The notes under the pieces were generated by a model. That model worked only from the letters and a program-made list of their open reading frames with translations. It had not been told where the DNA came from and searched no databases. A stretch of DNA of 64,000 bases from an uncultured Verrucomicrobiota bacterium (GTDB lineage Bacteria > Verrucomicrobiota > Kiritimatiellia > RFP12 > UBA1067): positions 2,646-66,645 of the forward strand of contig CAMZEN010000008.1 in assembly GCA_947305775.1 (NCBI GenBank), in the 5' to 3' direction. Below are positions 36,647-45,274 of this stretch, piece by piece. How positions within the stretch are numbered: the stretch's first letter is position 1; each line of letters starts with the position of its first letter. The position numbers and the translations under genes were made by a program.

Positions 36647-37114
36647 ATGACACTAGCATGCATCAAGCAGGCGATTGCGCTTTTCGAAGCGCCCAACACC
36701 TGCGCCGCGATCGCGCTTTCGATCGCGGCGTTTGTCGTAGGCGCATTGACGGCGCTTGTGGTCTGCAAGTTTGCCTGCCCATGCGGCGGCAAGAAGGCGC
36801 AGCCCAAGAATCCTGCAAAGAAATTCGACAAGGCTGAAAAGCTGCATCATGCGCCGACCGACGGATCGATAGAGATATACGTCGGAAACCTCAGCTACGA
36901 CCTGACCGAGGATCAGCTTCGCAAGGAGTTCGAGGCTTTCGGCAAGGTCAACTCAGCACGAATCATCACCAATCGCTACAACAACAAGTCCAAGGGCTTT
37001 GGGTTTGTGCACATGCCAAACCGTGCAGAGGTCGATGCCGCCATCAGCGCGCTGAACGACAAGGACCTGCTTGGGCGCAAGATAAAGTGCAACGTGGCGC
37101 GCAACACGCTTTGA
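36647..37114 (+). CDS. RRM (RNP-type) RNA-binding protein with an N-terminal transmembrane anchor (155 aa)
   Basis: RNP2 IYVGNL and RNP1 KGFGFVHM in the C-terminal ~85 aa. The N-terminus has a hydrophobic helix AAIALSIAAFVVGALTALVVC followed by a KK-rich linker. aaggaaa SD before the ATG. No alternative in-frame start next to the RRM. Confidence 0.65.
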   Translation: MTLACIKQAIALFEAPNTCAAIALSIAAFVVGALTALVVCKFACPCGGKKAQPKNPAKKFDKAEKLHHAPTDGSIEIYVGNLSYDLTEDQLRKEFEAFGKVNSARIITNRYNNKSKGFGFVHMPNRAEVDAAISALNDKDLLGRKIKCNVARNTL

Positions 37115-37139
37115 TTAGCTGTTGCCCTAGGAGATGCGT

Positions 37140-37697
37140 ATGGCAAAGGTACTTGTTCCGCTGGCTAATGGATTCGAGGATATAGAGGCGGTGTCCATCA
37201 TAGACGTGCTGCGCCGCGGCGGTGTAGACGTCGTGACTGCGGCAATCGGCGACTCTATTGAGGTGCGAAGCGCACATGGCATATCCATGAAATCCGATGC
37301 TTTGTTCTCCAAAGTGAGCGAGGACGAGTATGATGCGATAATTCTTCCTGGTGGCGGTGAGGGTACGGAAAACCTTCGTGCCTGCAAGCCGCTCATCGAG
37401 CGCCTGCGCCGCCAGAAGGAGGAAGACCGCCTGCTTTGCGCGATTTGCGCCGCGCCGACGGTGCTTGTGGACGCCGGTGTTGCAGACGAAGGCCTTCACA
37501 TGACTTGCTATCCAAGCATGATGATGGAGCTTGACCGGCCATATACGAACGTGCCTGTCGTATCGGACGGCAACCTTGTGACCGGTCAGGCCCCTGGCTC
37601 CGCTTTGCTTTTTGCACTTGTGGTGCTGCAGACGCTTGCTGGCGAATCTGTTGCGCGCAAGGTCGCACGCGGCATGGTTTCGGATGTACTTGACTGA
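37140..37697 (+). CDS. DJ-1/PfpI family protein (YajL/ThiJ-like)
   Basis: KVLVPLANGFEDIEAVSIIDVLRRGG...AIILPGG...LLCAICAAPTVL (nucleophile-elbow Cys). The second ATG was chosen for its SD spacing. Confidence 0.75.
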   Translation: MAKVLVPLANGFEDIEAVSIIDVLRRGGVDVVTAAIGDSIEVRSAHGISMKSDALFSKVSEDEYDAIILPGGGEGTENLRACKPLIERLRRQKEEDRLLCAICAAPTVLVDAGVADEGLHMTCYPSMMMELDRPYTNVPVVSDGNLVTGQAPGSALLFALVVLQTLAGESVARKVARGMVSDVLD

Positions 37698-40021
37698 TGA
37701 AGCGCCTTTTTGCGATTTTCGCTTTGGCGCCGATGCTGGCCTTCGCAAAGACGGAGGTCAGTTTTCTTTTTGCATACGACCCGACCCATCCGGAGTCGCC
37801 CGAGACACGGGCCATTCTTGATCTTGCAAAGAGGGATGAGACGCTCTCTCCAGTAAAATGGGGCGGACTCACTTTGCCTGGAGCGGGTGGACGCGCGACT
37901 TTCATGCTCGCCCTTGCCGGGGGAACCGCGCCGGACATATACAAGGCGTGGTTCCACATTCTTCGCCATGACGTTGAGCAAGGGTTTGTGTATCCGCTCG
38001 ACGAGTGGGAAGGCATTCCGTCGTCCGACGACCTTTGGGACAGGGTACGCGTAAAGGATGGCCACGTGTGGGCGCTGCCAACTCCTGGAACGGCCTATTA
38101 CGGAATTGTATACCGCAAGGATTTGGTGGCATTGGCGGGGCTGGACCCTGAGAAGCCGCCGTTCACATGGTCCGAGTTCCGCGACTGGTGCGTTGCCCTT
38201 ACCAAGCCGGGCCGCCGTGCATTTGCCGTGGAGAATCGTCCTTGGGGATTCCTTCCGTGGGTGCAGTCCGCCGGCGGCGACATAATAAGGGAGAAGGAAG
38301 ACGGATCATTCGAGGCCTGCTTTGATTCGCCTGCCGCGGTCAAGGCCGCTGAGTTCCTTCAGGATTTGGTGCGGCTGGATGTCGTACGTGGACTGCCGAC
38401 CTTAAGTGCGGCGGACGACATAGGTCCTCTTTTCACTTCTGGCGAGATCGCGGCGGTCTTTGGCGGGGAGGATCTAGTCCGACGCCTCACTGACGCGTTA
38501 TCGTTCCCTCCAGAGCTGATTGGCGTCATGCCGTTCCCGGCGGCGGACGATGGAGGTGTTCGGATTCTTCAGGCTCACAGGCACTTTTATGCGATGAGCG
38601 AATCCGTGGCAAGTCGTCCCAAGGAAGATCGAGATCTGGTGTATCAGAGCCTCAAGGCGCTTGCTTCCCCTGAAATCGCGGATGAAGAGATTCGGCGCAA
38701 CGTGGCTGAAGGCCGGGTTATGTGGTGCCGCCCCGATGATCTGGTCCGTCTTGGTTTTGCGGCGGAGGCGGAATCATTGCCGTATGGGGTGAGGACCATG
38801 TACGCCGATCTCGCAGCAGGCAGGATAAAGGCGGCGACGGAACCTTGGGTCGGCTTTTGGCAAGGCGCGAGCGATTTGGTGCAGAGGCGTCTTCTTGGGC
38901 TTCTGCTGTCGGATGCAGGTCGCACGATGGACTGCAAGGCCGCGCTTGCATCCATAAATGCGGACGCCAATCGCGGATTGATGTTCGATTCGGACGATTC
39001 AAAAGTCCGTAATGCCCGTCCGTACGCACGCGTGATATTTGGGGTGATTGTTTTTTCGGTGCTGGTTTCGTGTTGGTTGATTTACAGGGGCAAGGCTCGT
39101 ACGGCTGATCCGAAGTCTCGCAGCGACGATCTGTCGGAGCGCCATCCACAACGGATTGTTCCATGGCTTTTTCTTGCGCCGGCATTGCTCTCCATTTTGC
39201 TTTGGAGCTATTATCCTTTGTTGAAGGGTGCCGTCATGGCGTTTCAGGACTACCGCATAGTCGGTTCCGCCGCGTGGGTAGGCTTGGACAACTTTATACG
39301 CATTTCGACGGATTCCGGATTCTGGCTTGCTTGGCTACGGACATTGGAATATGTTTGCATAACGCTTGCTCTCGGGTTCGTTACACCTGTCGTTTTGGCG
39401 ATAATGCTGTGTGAGATACCGCGCGGAAAGGTTTTCTTCCGCTTTATGTACTTTCTTCCGCACTTGACGAGTGCGCTTGTCGTCACGCTTCTCTGGAAGC
39501 TGATGTTTGATCCGACGGAGAACGGAATACTTAACCAGATATTGATGTCCGTGGGGATTGCTCGCCATTCGTGGCTGCTTGACCCTGCCTGGGCGATGGT
39601 TTGCTGCATATTGCCTGGTGTCTGGGCCGGGGCCGGCATAAGCTCTCTCATATATATAGCTGCGCTTGGATCTTTGCCGCAGGATTACTATGAAGCCGCC
39701 GCAATAGACGGAGCAGGGATTTTCGCACGCCTTAGGCACATAACCCTGCCGCAGCTCGCGCCGCTGATGGTCATAAACTTTGTCGGTGCGTTCATCGCGG
39801 CATTCCAGGGGATGGGTTCGATATTCCTGTTGACATTTGGCGGACCTGGTGACGCGACGCAAGTGCTTTCGCTTCAAATATGGAAGGAGGCGTACAACAA
39901 CCTCCGTTTCTCCACCGCCACTACCATGGCGTGGTATCTTGGGACTGCCCTGATAGGCTTTACCTGCCTGCAGATACGGTTCCTTCGCCGCGTGGAATTC
40001 CGCCAGGCCGCCGCGAACTAG
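37697..40021 (+). CDS. ABC importer fusion: family-1 solute-binding domain + MalF/UgpA-type permease (774 aa)
   Basis: Signal peptide MKRLFAIFALAPMLAFA. ~430-aa SBP-like region. Linker TM. Then a 6-TM permease with EAA loop YEAAAIDGAGIFARLRHITLPQLAP. Confidence 0.65.
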   Translation: MKRLFAIFALAPMLAFAKTEVSFLFAYDPTHPESPETRAILDLAKRDETLSPVKWGGLTLPGAGGRATFMLALAGGTAPDIYKAWFHILRHDVEQGFVYPLDEWEGIPSSDDLWDRVRVKDGHVWALPTPGTAYYGIVYRKDLVALAGLDPEKPPFTWSEFRDWCVALTKPGRRAFAVENRPWGFLPWVQSAGGDIIREKEDGSFEACFDSPAAVKAAEFLQDLVRLDVVRGLPTLSAADDIGPLFTSGEIAAVFGGEDLVRRLTDALSFPPELIGVMPFPAADDGGVRILQAHRHFYAMSESVASRPKEDRDLVYQSLKALASPEIADEEIRRNVAEGRVMWCRPDDLVRLGFAAEAESLPYGVRTMYADLAAGRIKAATEPWVGFWQGASDLVQRRLLGLLLSDAGRTMDCKAALASINADANRGLMFDSDDSKVRNARPYARVIFGVIVFSVLVSCWLIYRGKARTADPKSRSDDLSERHPQRIVPWLFLAPALLSILLWSYYPLLKGAVMAFQDYRIVGSAAWVGLDNFIRISTDSGFWLAWLRTLEYVCITLALGFVTPVVLAIMLCEIPRGKVFFRFMYFLPHLTSALVVTLLWKLMFDPTENGILNQILMSVGIARHSWLLDPAWAMVCCILPGVWAGAGISSLIYIAALGSLPQDYYEAAAIDGAGIFARLRHITLPQLAPLMVINFVGAFIAAFQGMGSIFLLTFGGPGDATQVLSLQIWKEAYNNLRFSTATTMAWYLGTALIGFTCLQIRFLRRVEFRQAAAN

Positions 40022-40079
40022 ATGTCCGTTGCATCCAGCAGGAAGATTGTCATATGGTACCCGTGACGAATGTTGAAAG

Positions 40080-40330
40080 GCCAGAAGATTCACCGAACTT
40101 AACTTGAGGCTTGTGAGTTTGCGTTGATAGTTCGCTAGCATGTGCCAATCAGGGTCAAGGTGTATTATTATGACTGCGGACAATCGGTTGTTACAAAGCT
40201 GTTGCATAAGGCGTTTATTGCGGTGCTTGGTTCCAATGTGGAATTTGCGCTAAAAGTAAGACCTGGGCCTGTGAACTACAAATCAATTAAGGTGGCAGAT
40301 ATTGTATTTGCATTGTTGCTTATTGATTAA
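40080..40330 (+). pseudogene. decayed DUF3800 paralogue (C-terminal remnant)
   Basis: ORF 40142-40330 (IRVKVYYYDCGQSVVTKLLHKAF..LGSNVEFALKVRP...KVADIVFALLL) aligns with residues ~135-190 of the intact DUF3800 protein at 6995-7684 (CRVKIYYDCGQSPVTNLLHKTFEERLGLSVEFAQGVRP...QLADLVCTLHL). The upstream frames carry stops. Low-GC patch. Confidence 0.6.
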
Positions 40331-40393
40331 CGGCTTTGACTTGGTTTATCGAATATAGAAATAGATATTTGGAAACACCTAGCTGTCCCATTA

Positions 40394-40402
40394 TGGTATA
40401 AT
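40394..40402 (+). promoter_or_regulatory. extended -10 promoter element TGGTATAAT
   Basis: Context cattatggtataatat, 41 nt upstream of the ATG at 40443. Confidence 0.55.
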
Positions 40403-40442
40403 ATGTGTCAAATTTCCTATTGATACAACTGGAGGACATACA

Positions 40443-40889
40443 ATGGACTTCAAAGAATTGATTGCTGACTTCGCTGCGCGTCATAACGTGGCGGATCTCG
40501 TTGCTGACAACAATGCCGCGGCGCTTGACATTGATGGCATCATCGTCATCATAGTCGCTGATGGCGACAGGGTGACTCTTTCTGCAGAGGTCGGTGCACC
40601 GCCTGCGGAGGGTCGCGCCGATTTTGCGGACCTGATGCTTGAGGCAAGCCTGCAGACCGATGCGTTCTTTGCAAAGGCCTCGGAATCCGACACCTACATC
40701 GTAGTGCAGCGGCTTTCGCTTCGTGTGATTGATGACGCTGCGTTCGATGCCGCGCTCGAGACGTTCGTCAACCAGGCCGAGATATGGCGCCGCCTTCTGT
40801 CTGACTTCCGTCCGATGGCAAAGGCCGCGGTGGAGAGGGCAAAAGAGAACGACAAGTCTTTAGCGGCGACAGGATTCATGCAGGTGTAA
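40443..40889 (+). CDS. small acidic protein, CesT/SycE-like type III secretion chaperone fold candidate (148 aa)
   Basis: The pattern FKELIADFAARHNV..L..DNNAAALDIDGIIVIIV...VTLSAEVG.PP......FADLMLEASL.....FA......YIVVQRLSL..IDDAAFDAALETFVNQAEIWRRLL resembles the CesT-family layout. No other T3SS genes are in the window. Confidence 0.45.
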   Translation: MDFKELIADFAARHNVADLVADNNAAALDIDGIIVIIVADGDRVTLSAEVGAPPAEGRADFADLMLEASLQTDAFFAKASESDTYIVVQRLSLRVIDDAAFDAALETFVNQAEIWRRLLSDFRPMAKAAVERAKENDKSLAATGFMQV

Positions 40890-40927
40890 GAAGGGTCTGC
40901 AGGTTGTTTGCTTTCCTCAGGATGTTA

Positions 40928-40936
40928 TGGTATAAT
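40928..40936 (+). promoter_or_regulatory. extended -10 promoter element TGGTATAAT; implies a leaderless pyrH mRNA
   Basis: Context gttatggtataat. The GTG at 40944 is 8 nt after the last T, with no SD. Confidence 0.5.
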
Positions 40937-40943
40937 TCTCACC

Positions 40944-41681
40944 GTGAAAAAAGCATCACGTAAACTTAAATATCGCCGGATACTGCTTAAGCTGTCTGGC
41001 GAGGTTCTTGGCAACCGCGAAACGGGCGAGTGCATCGACCCGAAGAATCTTGCCTTTATGGCAGAGCGAGTCAAGAAGATTCACGCGCTAGGAGTCGAGG
41101 TTGGCATTGTGCTTGGGGGCGGCAACATATTCCGCGGCCTCACTGGTGCCGGCAAGGGCGTGAACCGCGTAACGGGCGATTCGATGGGCATGCTCGCCAC
41201 GATCATAAACGGTCTGGCCATGATGAACGCGTTGGAGTCGATCGGCGTTCCGACGCGTGTCATGACGGCGATCGACCTGCCGAGTTTCGCCGAGCCGTTC
41301 ATCCAGAGAAAGGCGCTTCGCCACTTTGAGAAGGGGCGCGTGCTGATCTTTGCGGGCGGCACCGGCAATCCGTTCTTCTCGACCGATTCCGCCGCGGCGT
41401 TGCGTGCGAGCGAGATCGATGCGGATGCGCTTCTCAAGGCGACCAAGGTGGACGGTGTTTACACGGCCGACCCGAAGAAGGATCCCAAGGCCAAGAAGTA
41501 TGGCTCGCTGAAGTATGAGACCGCCCTCGAGAAGAGGTTGAAGGTCATGGATTCCGCGGCGTTCGCCCTCTGCATGGATAACGGAATCCCAATCGTGGTG
41601 TTCGACTTCTTTGATGGCGATGCGCTGGAGCGCGTCGTGAAGGGCGAGGCGGTCGGCACGCTCGTAAGCGCAAAGGGCTGA
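40944..41681 (+). CDS. pyrH: UMP kinase
   Basis: YRRILLKLSGEVL...GIVLGGGNIFRG...DSMGMLATIINGLAM...IFAGGTGNPFFSTDSAAALRA...KATKVDGVY. GTG start chosen because the TTG at 40908 lies upstream of the promoter element. Confidence 0.9.
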   Translation: MKKASRKLKYRRILLKLSGEVLGNRETGECIDPKNLAFMAERVKKIHALGVEVGIVLGGGNIFRGLTGAGKGVNRVTGDSMGMLATIINGLAMMNALESIGVPTRVMTAIDLPSFAEPFIQRKALRHFEKGRVLIFAGGTGNPFFSTDSAAALRASEIDADALLKATKVDGVYTADPKKDPKAKKYGSLKYETALEKRLKVMDSAAFALCMDNGIPIVVFDFFDGDALERVVKGEAVGTLVSAKG

Positions 41682-41725
41682 TTCGCAGCCGATGACAATC
41701 TTAAGAAAGGCTATAAGGTAAATAC

Positions 41726-42289
41726 ATGGAAACGACAAGTGATGTTTTGAACGACGCAAACGCCAAGCTGCAGAAAAGCTTCGATGCGTTGAAGGCACAG
41801 TTCGCAGGTCTCCGCACGGGCAAGGCAAATCCGGCGATGGTCGACCAGATCAGGGTCGAGTACTATGGCTGCCCGACACCGATAAAGAACCTCGGCACGA
41901 TATCGACGCCCGAACCGCGTCAGATAAAGATAACGCCGTTCGACCCGACCGTGCTTGCAGAGATGAACAAGGCGATCCTGGCCGCAAATATCGGCGTGAC
42001 GCCCCAGACTGACGGCAAGGTTCTCAGAATCACCGTGCCGGAGCTCAACGAGCAGCGCCGCAAGGAAATCGTAAAGGTCGCCAAGGGCCAGGCGGAGGCC
42101 CAGAAGGTCGCCATGCGCAATGTGCGCCGCGATGCGAACGATGCGGCAAAGAAGCTTGAAAAGGACAAGAAGATCTCCGAAGACGACCTTAAGGTTCTTC
42201 TTGACAAGATCCAGAAGGCGACCGACGCCGCCATCGCAAAGATCGACGCCGAACTCAAGGCAAAGGAATCTGAGGTTATGGCGGTTTGA
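41726..42289 (+). CDS. frr: ribosome recycling factor
   Basis: LRTGKANPAMVDQIRVEYYG..TPIKNLGTISTPEPRQIKITPFD...VPELNEQRRKEIVK..K...E..KVAMRNVRRDAND. Confidence 0.95.
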   Translation: METTSDVLNDANAKLQKSFDALKAQFAGLRTGKANPAMVDQIRVEYYGCPTPIKNLGTISTPEPRQIKITPFDPTVLAEMNKAILAANIGVTPQTDGKVLRITVPELNEQRRKEIVKVAKGQAEAQKVAMRNVRRDANDAAKKLEKDKKISEDDLKVLLDKIQKATDAAIAKIDAELKAKESEVMAV

Positions 42290-42340
42290 TCAAGCCGCCA
42301 CTTCGCAAGACATTTCAACAGGGTAAGAGAGGAGCGAGCC

Positions 42341-43621
42341 ATGGCTGAAGAAACACCTACCACACCGTCACCTGCCGTTGAACCACCCAAGGCGAATCCG
42401 CTGGGCAAGCCCGTCGCACCGGGCGCGTCCCCGATTGGACAGACCATCAGAAGGCCAACGTTGTCTGGTGCGCTTAGGCCTGGCGTAAAGTTGCCTCCGA
42501 AGCCAGCGCTTGCCGGTGGCCTGAAGCTCCCGCCCAAGCCTGCGTCGCCGCTCAAGACGGTGTCCACGGCGTCGCCGCTGAAGCCTGGTCTGAAGATGCC
42601 GGCCGCTCCTGCCGCTCCGGTGCTCAAGAGCGGACTGAAGCTGCCGACGAAACCCGTGATACGCAAGCCCGGTTCGGGGCTGACGCCCGTGAAGCCGCCA
42701 GCGCCGGCTGCTGCCGCGCCCGCACCAGTCGCGCCTGCTGCACAGGCGCCTGTTGCCCCCGTCGCGCAGCCGCAGAAGCCCGTTGCCGCGCCGGTGGTAG
42801 CCAAGCCTGTTGCCGCGCCGGTGGTAGCCAAGCCTGTTGCCGCGCCAGTCGCCGCACCGGTCGCCAAGCCGGTCGCAGTCGCTGTGGCGGGTGACGCGCT
42901 TACTACGCTCAAGGCGGTTACGAAGAATCTCAAGAGCCTTACGTCTCCGATTCCGCAGCAGGCCATTCTCCATAAGACTGGCATAATCGCAGAGCCAGTG
43001 AAAGACATCTCCGATGCGCAGAAGCAGGCGGCGAAATCCAAGACTTCACGGATATCGCTCTCCACTGCGGTCGGTGCGGCTCCGGTCAAGAACGATGGTG
43101 CTCCAATGAAGACCATCCGCATCAAGCGTCCGGTGGATCTTCCTGCAGATGGTCCTGCCACAGCGAGCCAGCCCGCCAAGGTTGTGACCGCCACAGTCGT
43201 GGCGCCGCCCCAGCCGGCTGCAACCCCTGAGCCTCCTGCTGCTCCTGCGGCCGCGGCAGAGTCGGTTACCGCAACGCAGCGCAAGACGCTCAAGATATCC
43301 CGTCCGGCTGGTCTGGGAGTTCGTCCCGCTGGCAAGTTTGGCGTCAAGAAGCCAACCGCCCCAACCTCGGCCCCTGCTGCCGCTGCCGCTCCTGCGGCCT
43401 CGGCGGACGCCGCGCCTGTTGCGGATATCCCAGACATCCCCGACATGCCTGCGGTGTCGACGAACGTCCCGGCGTTTGCACCTGCCCAGTCCAAAGAGAC
43501 AGTGGCTGACGTGCCTGCGTTCGTGGCGATGCTCGGCATGATTGTCCAGGTTGCGGCTTGCTTGGTGATGGGCGCCGTTGCTTGGTTCCTTTACCAGGAT
43601 TCTTTGATTCCTGTTTTCTGA
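42341..43621 (+). CDS. Pro/Ala/Lys-rich low-complexity protein with a C-terminal TM anchor (426 aa)
   Basis: GAGAGGAG SD plus ATG. Repeats GLKLPPKP and KPVAAPVVA. C-terminal hydrophobic FVAMLGMIVQVAACLVMGAVAWFLY. The 539-aa antisense ORF is judged a shadow. Confidence 0.55.
   Translation: MAEETPTTPSPAVEPPKANPLGKPVAPGASPIGQTIRRPTLSGALRPGVKLPPKPALAGGLKLPPKPASPLKTVSTASPLKPGLKMPAAPAAPVLKSGLKLPTKPVIRKPGSGLTPVKPPAPAAAAPAPVAPAAQAPVAPVAQPQKPVAAPVVAKPVAAPVVAKPVAAPVAAPVAKPVAVAVAGDALTTLKAVTKNLKSLTSPIPQQAILHKTGIIAEPVKDISDAQKQAAKSKTSRISLSTAVGAAPVKNDGAPMKTIRIKRPVDLPADGPATASQPAKVVTATVVAPPQPAATPEPPAAPAAAAESVTATQRKTLKISRPAGLGVRPAGKFGVKKPTAPTSAPAAAAAPAASADAAPVADIPDIPDMPAVSTNVPAFAPAQSKETVADVPAFVAMLGMIVQVAACLVMGAVAWFLYQDSLIPVF
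42776..42850 (+). repeat. 27-bp tandem repeat (about 2.7 units) encoding KPVAAPVVA
   Basis: aagccYgttgccgcgccggtggtagcc occurs twice, followed by a degenerate third unit. Confidence 0.8.
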
Positions 43622-43625
43622 CGCA

Positions 43626-44516
43626 TTGGCATTGATGAGACGCGGCCGTGCCATCGTTTATGCGACGGCGCTTGAGATATTAGGGGAGCCTCTTGCATTG
43701 CTGGTTCTTCTGGCGTCGCTTGCGTTGACTACGCTTGCGCCTGCGTTCCACTACCATCAGTTCGGCGAGCCCTCGCGAATGGCGAGGGACGCCGGAATTT
43801 CAGCATTGCTTCTCGGCGGTTCGGTGATCGCATATGTGGGAACTTTGCGTACTTTCCGACGCGAATTGGAGTCGGGCACTGCGCAGTCGGCGCTGGCGCA
43901 TTCGGTTTCGCGAACGGCGTTTTTCCTTTGGAAGGCCTGCGGGTGCCTGGTTGCCTACGTCGTGTTTGCCGCAACGGTGTCGCTGGTGTCGTTGACTGTC
44001 GTGCGCGGCGCTGAGATCGGCGGCGCGTTGGCGGCGACGACTGGCGATATCGCAAGACTCTGGGGTCCGTCGTTGGCGGTTGCGCTCGGTGCGTGCATCC
44101 TGCCGGTCGTTGCGGCGGCATTGTTGAACAGATTCAAACGGTTTCGTTTTGCGCTTACTTCAAACGTCCTTGCGCTTGTCGTGGCGGCGTTAGGCGTTGC
44201 ATACAGGTTTGATGGAGCTCTTGCGTCACGGCTTTTGCCTGCGTTTGCGCTAGCCGCCGCGCCGTCGCTTGTCGTCATGTCGGCGTCCGCCGCGTTTGCG
44301 TTGCGCTTTTCCTCAAACACAGCCTCGACCCTGACCGCCATTGCTACGGCTTTCGTCTTGCCGGCTCTCGGCAACTACTGCCTTTCAGATGCGCTTGCCG
44401 ATGGCGGTTCTGTTCCGTGGGCGTATCTTGCCGTGGCGTTTATGGCCGTCGTTCCGGCCGTGGCGCTGTTTCTTCTGATCGGTATTCACTTCATAAACGA
44501 GCGCGATGTGCAATGA
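43626..44516 (+). CDS. ABC-2-type transporter permease-like membrane protein
   Basis: Six or more hydrophobic segments. ATGA overlap with the downstream ABC ATPase gene. Confidence 0.5.
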   Translation: MALMRRGRAIVYATALEILGEPLALLVLLASLALTTLAPAFHYHQFGEPSRMARDAGISALLLGGSVIAYVGTLRTFRRELESGTAQSALAHSVSRTAFFLWKACGCLVAYVVFAATVSLVSLTVVRGAEIGGALAATTGDIARLWGPSLAVALGACILPVVAAALLNRFKRFRFALTSNVLALVVAALGVAYRFDGALASRLLPAFALAAAPSLVVMSASAAFALRFSSNTASTLTAIATAFVLPALGNYCLSDALADGGSVPWAYLAVAFMAVVPAVALFLLIGIHFINERDVQ

Positions 44517-45274
44517 ACGGCGATTCAGTCATATCCATTGAAGGTGCGACCAAGACCTTCCGCGACTTTTGGCTAAGGCCGACCGTGAATGCGGTCGATG
44601 GACTTTCACTTGAGGTTCGCAAAGGCGAAGTATTCGGACTTCTTGGGCCAAATGGCAGCGGCAAGTCCACGACGATAAAGTTGATACTGGGGCTTCTTGC
44701 GCCGACGCTCGGCAGGATATCAGTATTCGGGCTTTCGCCGCGTGCCGTGGCGGCGCGAGCGAAGATCGGGTATCTGCCCGAGCTCAGCTATCTGCATCCG
44801 TTCCTTACTGCGCGCGAAACCATCATGTACTATGCGGGGCTGTGCAACCTGAGCCGTTCGGTCGCGGCTGAACGCACGCGTGAATTGCTGAAGATGGTCA
44901 AGCTCGAGGATGTGTCCAATCGCGTGGTGTCGGGTTTCTCGAAGGGAATGGCGCGTCGCGTGGCCCTCGCGTCGGCGCTGGTGGGAAAGCCTGAGCTTCT
45001 CATCCTTGACGAGCCGACTTCGGGGCTTGATCCGGTATCCACAAAGGAGGTCAAGACTCTCGTCAAGGCGCTTGCAAAGAACGGAATGACGGTGCTTATG
45101 ACATCGCACCTTCTGGCGGACGCGGAGGATGTGTGCGATCGCGTAATGATACTTGATCGCGGCAAGTCGGTTGCGGAGGGGCGTGTGGCCGAGCTCGGCG
45201 AGTCGCTTGAGGAGTTTTTCCTTGCAAAGGTGGGCAACGCAGATGAATTCGTTCTGGCGGATTTTCTCGCTTGA
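44513..45274 (+). CDS. ABC transporter ATP-binding protein (ABC-2/DrrA-like)
   Basis: Walker A GPNGSGKST, signature FSKGMARRV, Walker B LLILDEPTSGLD, H-loop TSHLL. Confidence 0.9.
   Translation: MNGDSVISIEGATKTFRDFWLRPTVNAVDGLSLEVRKGEVFGLLGPNGSGKSTTIKLILGLLAPTLGRISVFGLSPRAVAARAKIGYLPELSYLHPFLTARETIMYYAGLCNLSRSVAAERTRELLKMVKLEDVSNRVVSGFSKGMARRVALASALVGKPELLILDEPTSGLDPVSTKEVKTLVKALAKNGMTVLMTSHLLADAEDVCDRVMILDRGKSVAEGRVAELGESLEEFFLAKVGNADEFVLADFLA

Noticed and set aside
41920-43539. 539-aa minus-strand ORF (Gly/Ala/Thr-rich) as an alternative to the + strand Pro/Ala-rich gene.
   Set aside because: Its 3' part runs antisense through frr (41920-42289), which is certainly real. The + strand ORF has a GAGAGGAG SD, an ATG, co-orientation with the operon and a C-terminal TM. 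The call remains less certain than others because both frames are low-complexity.
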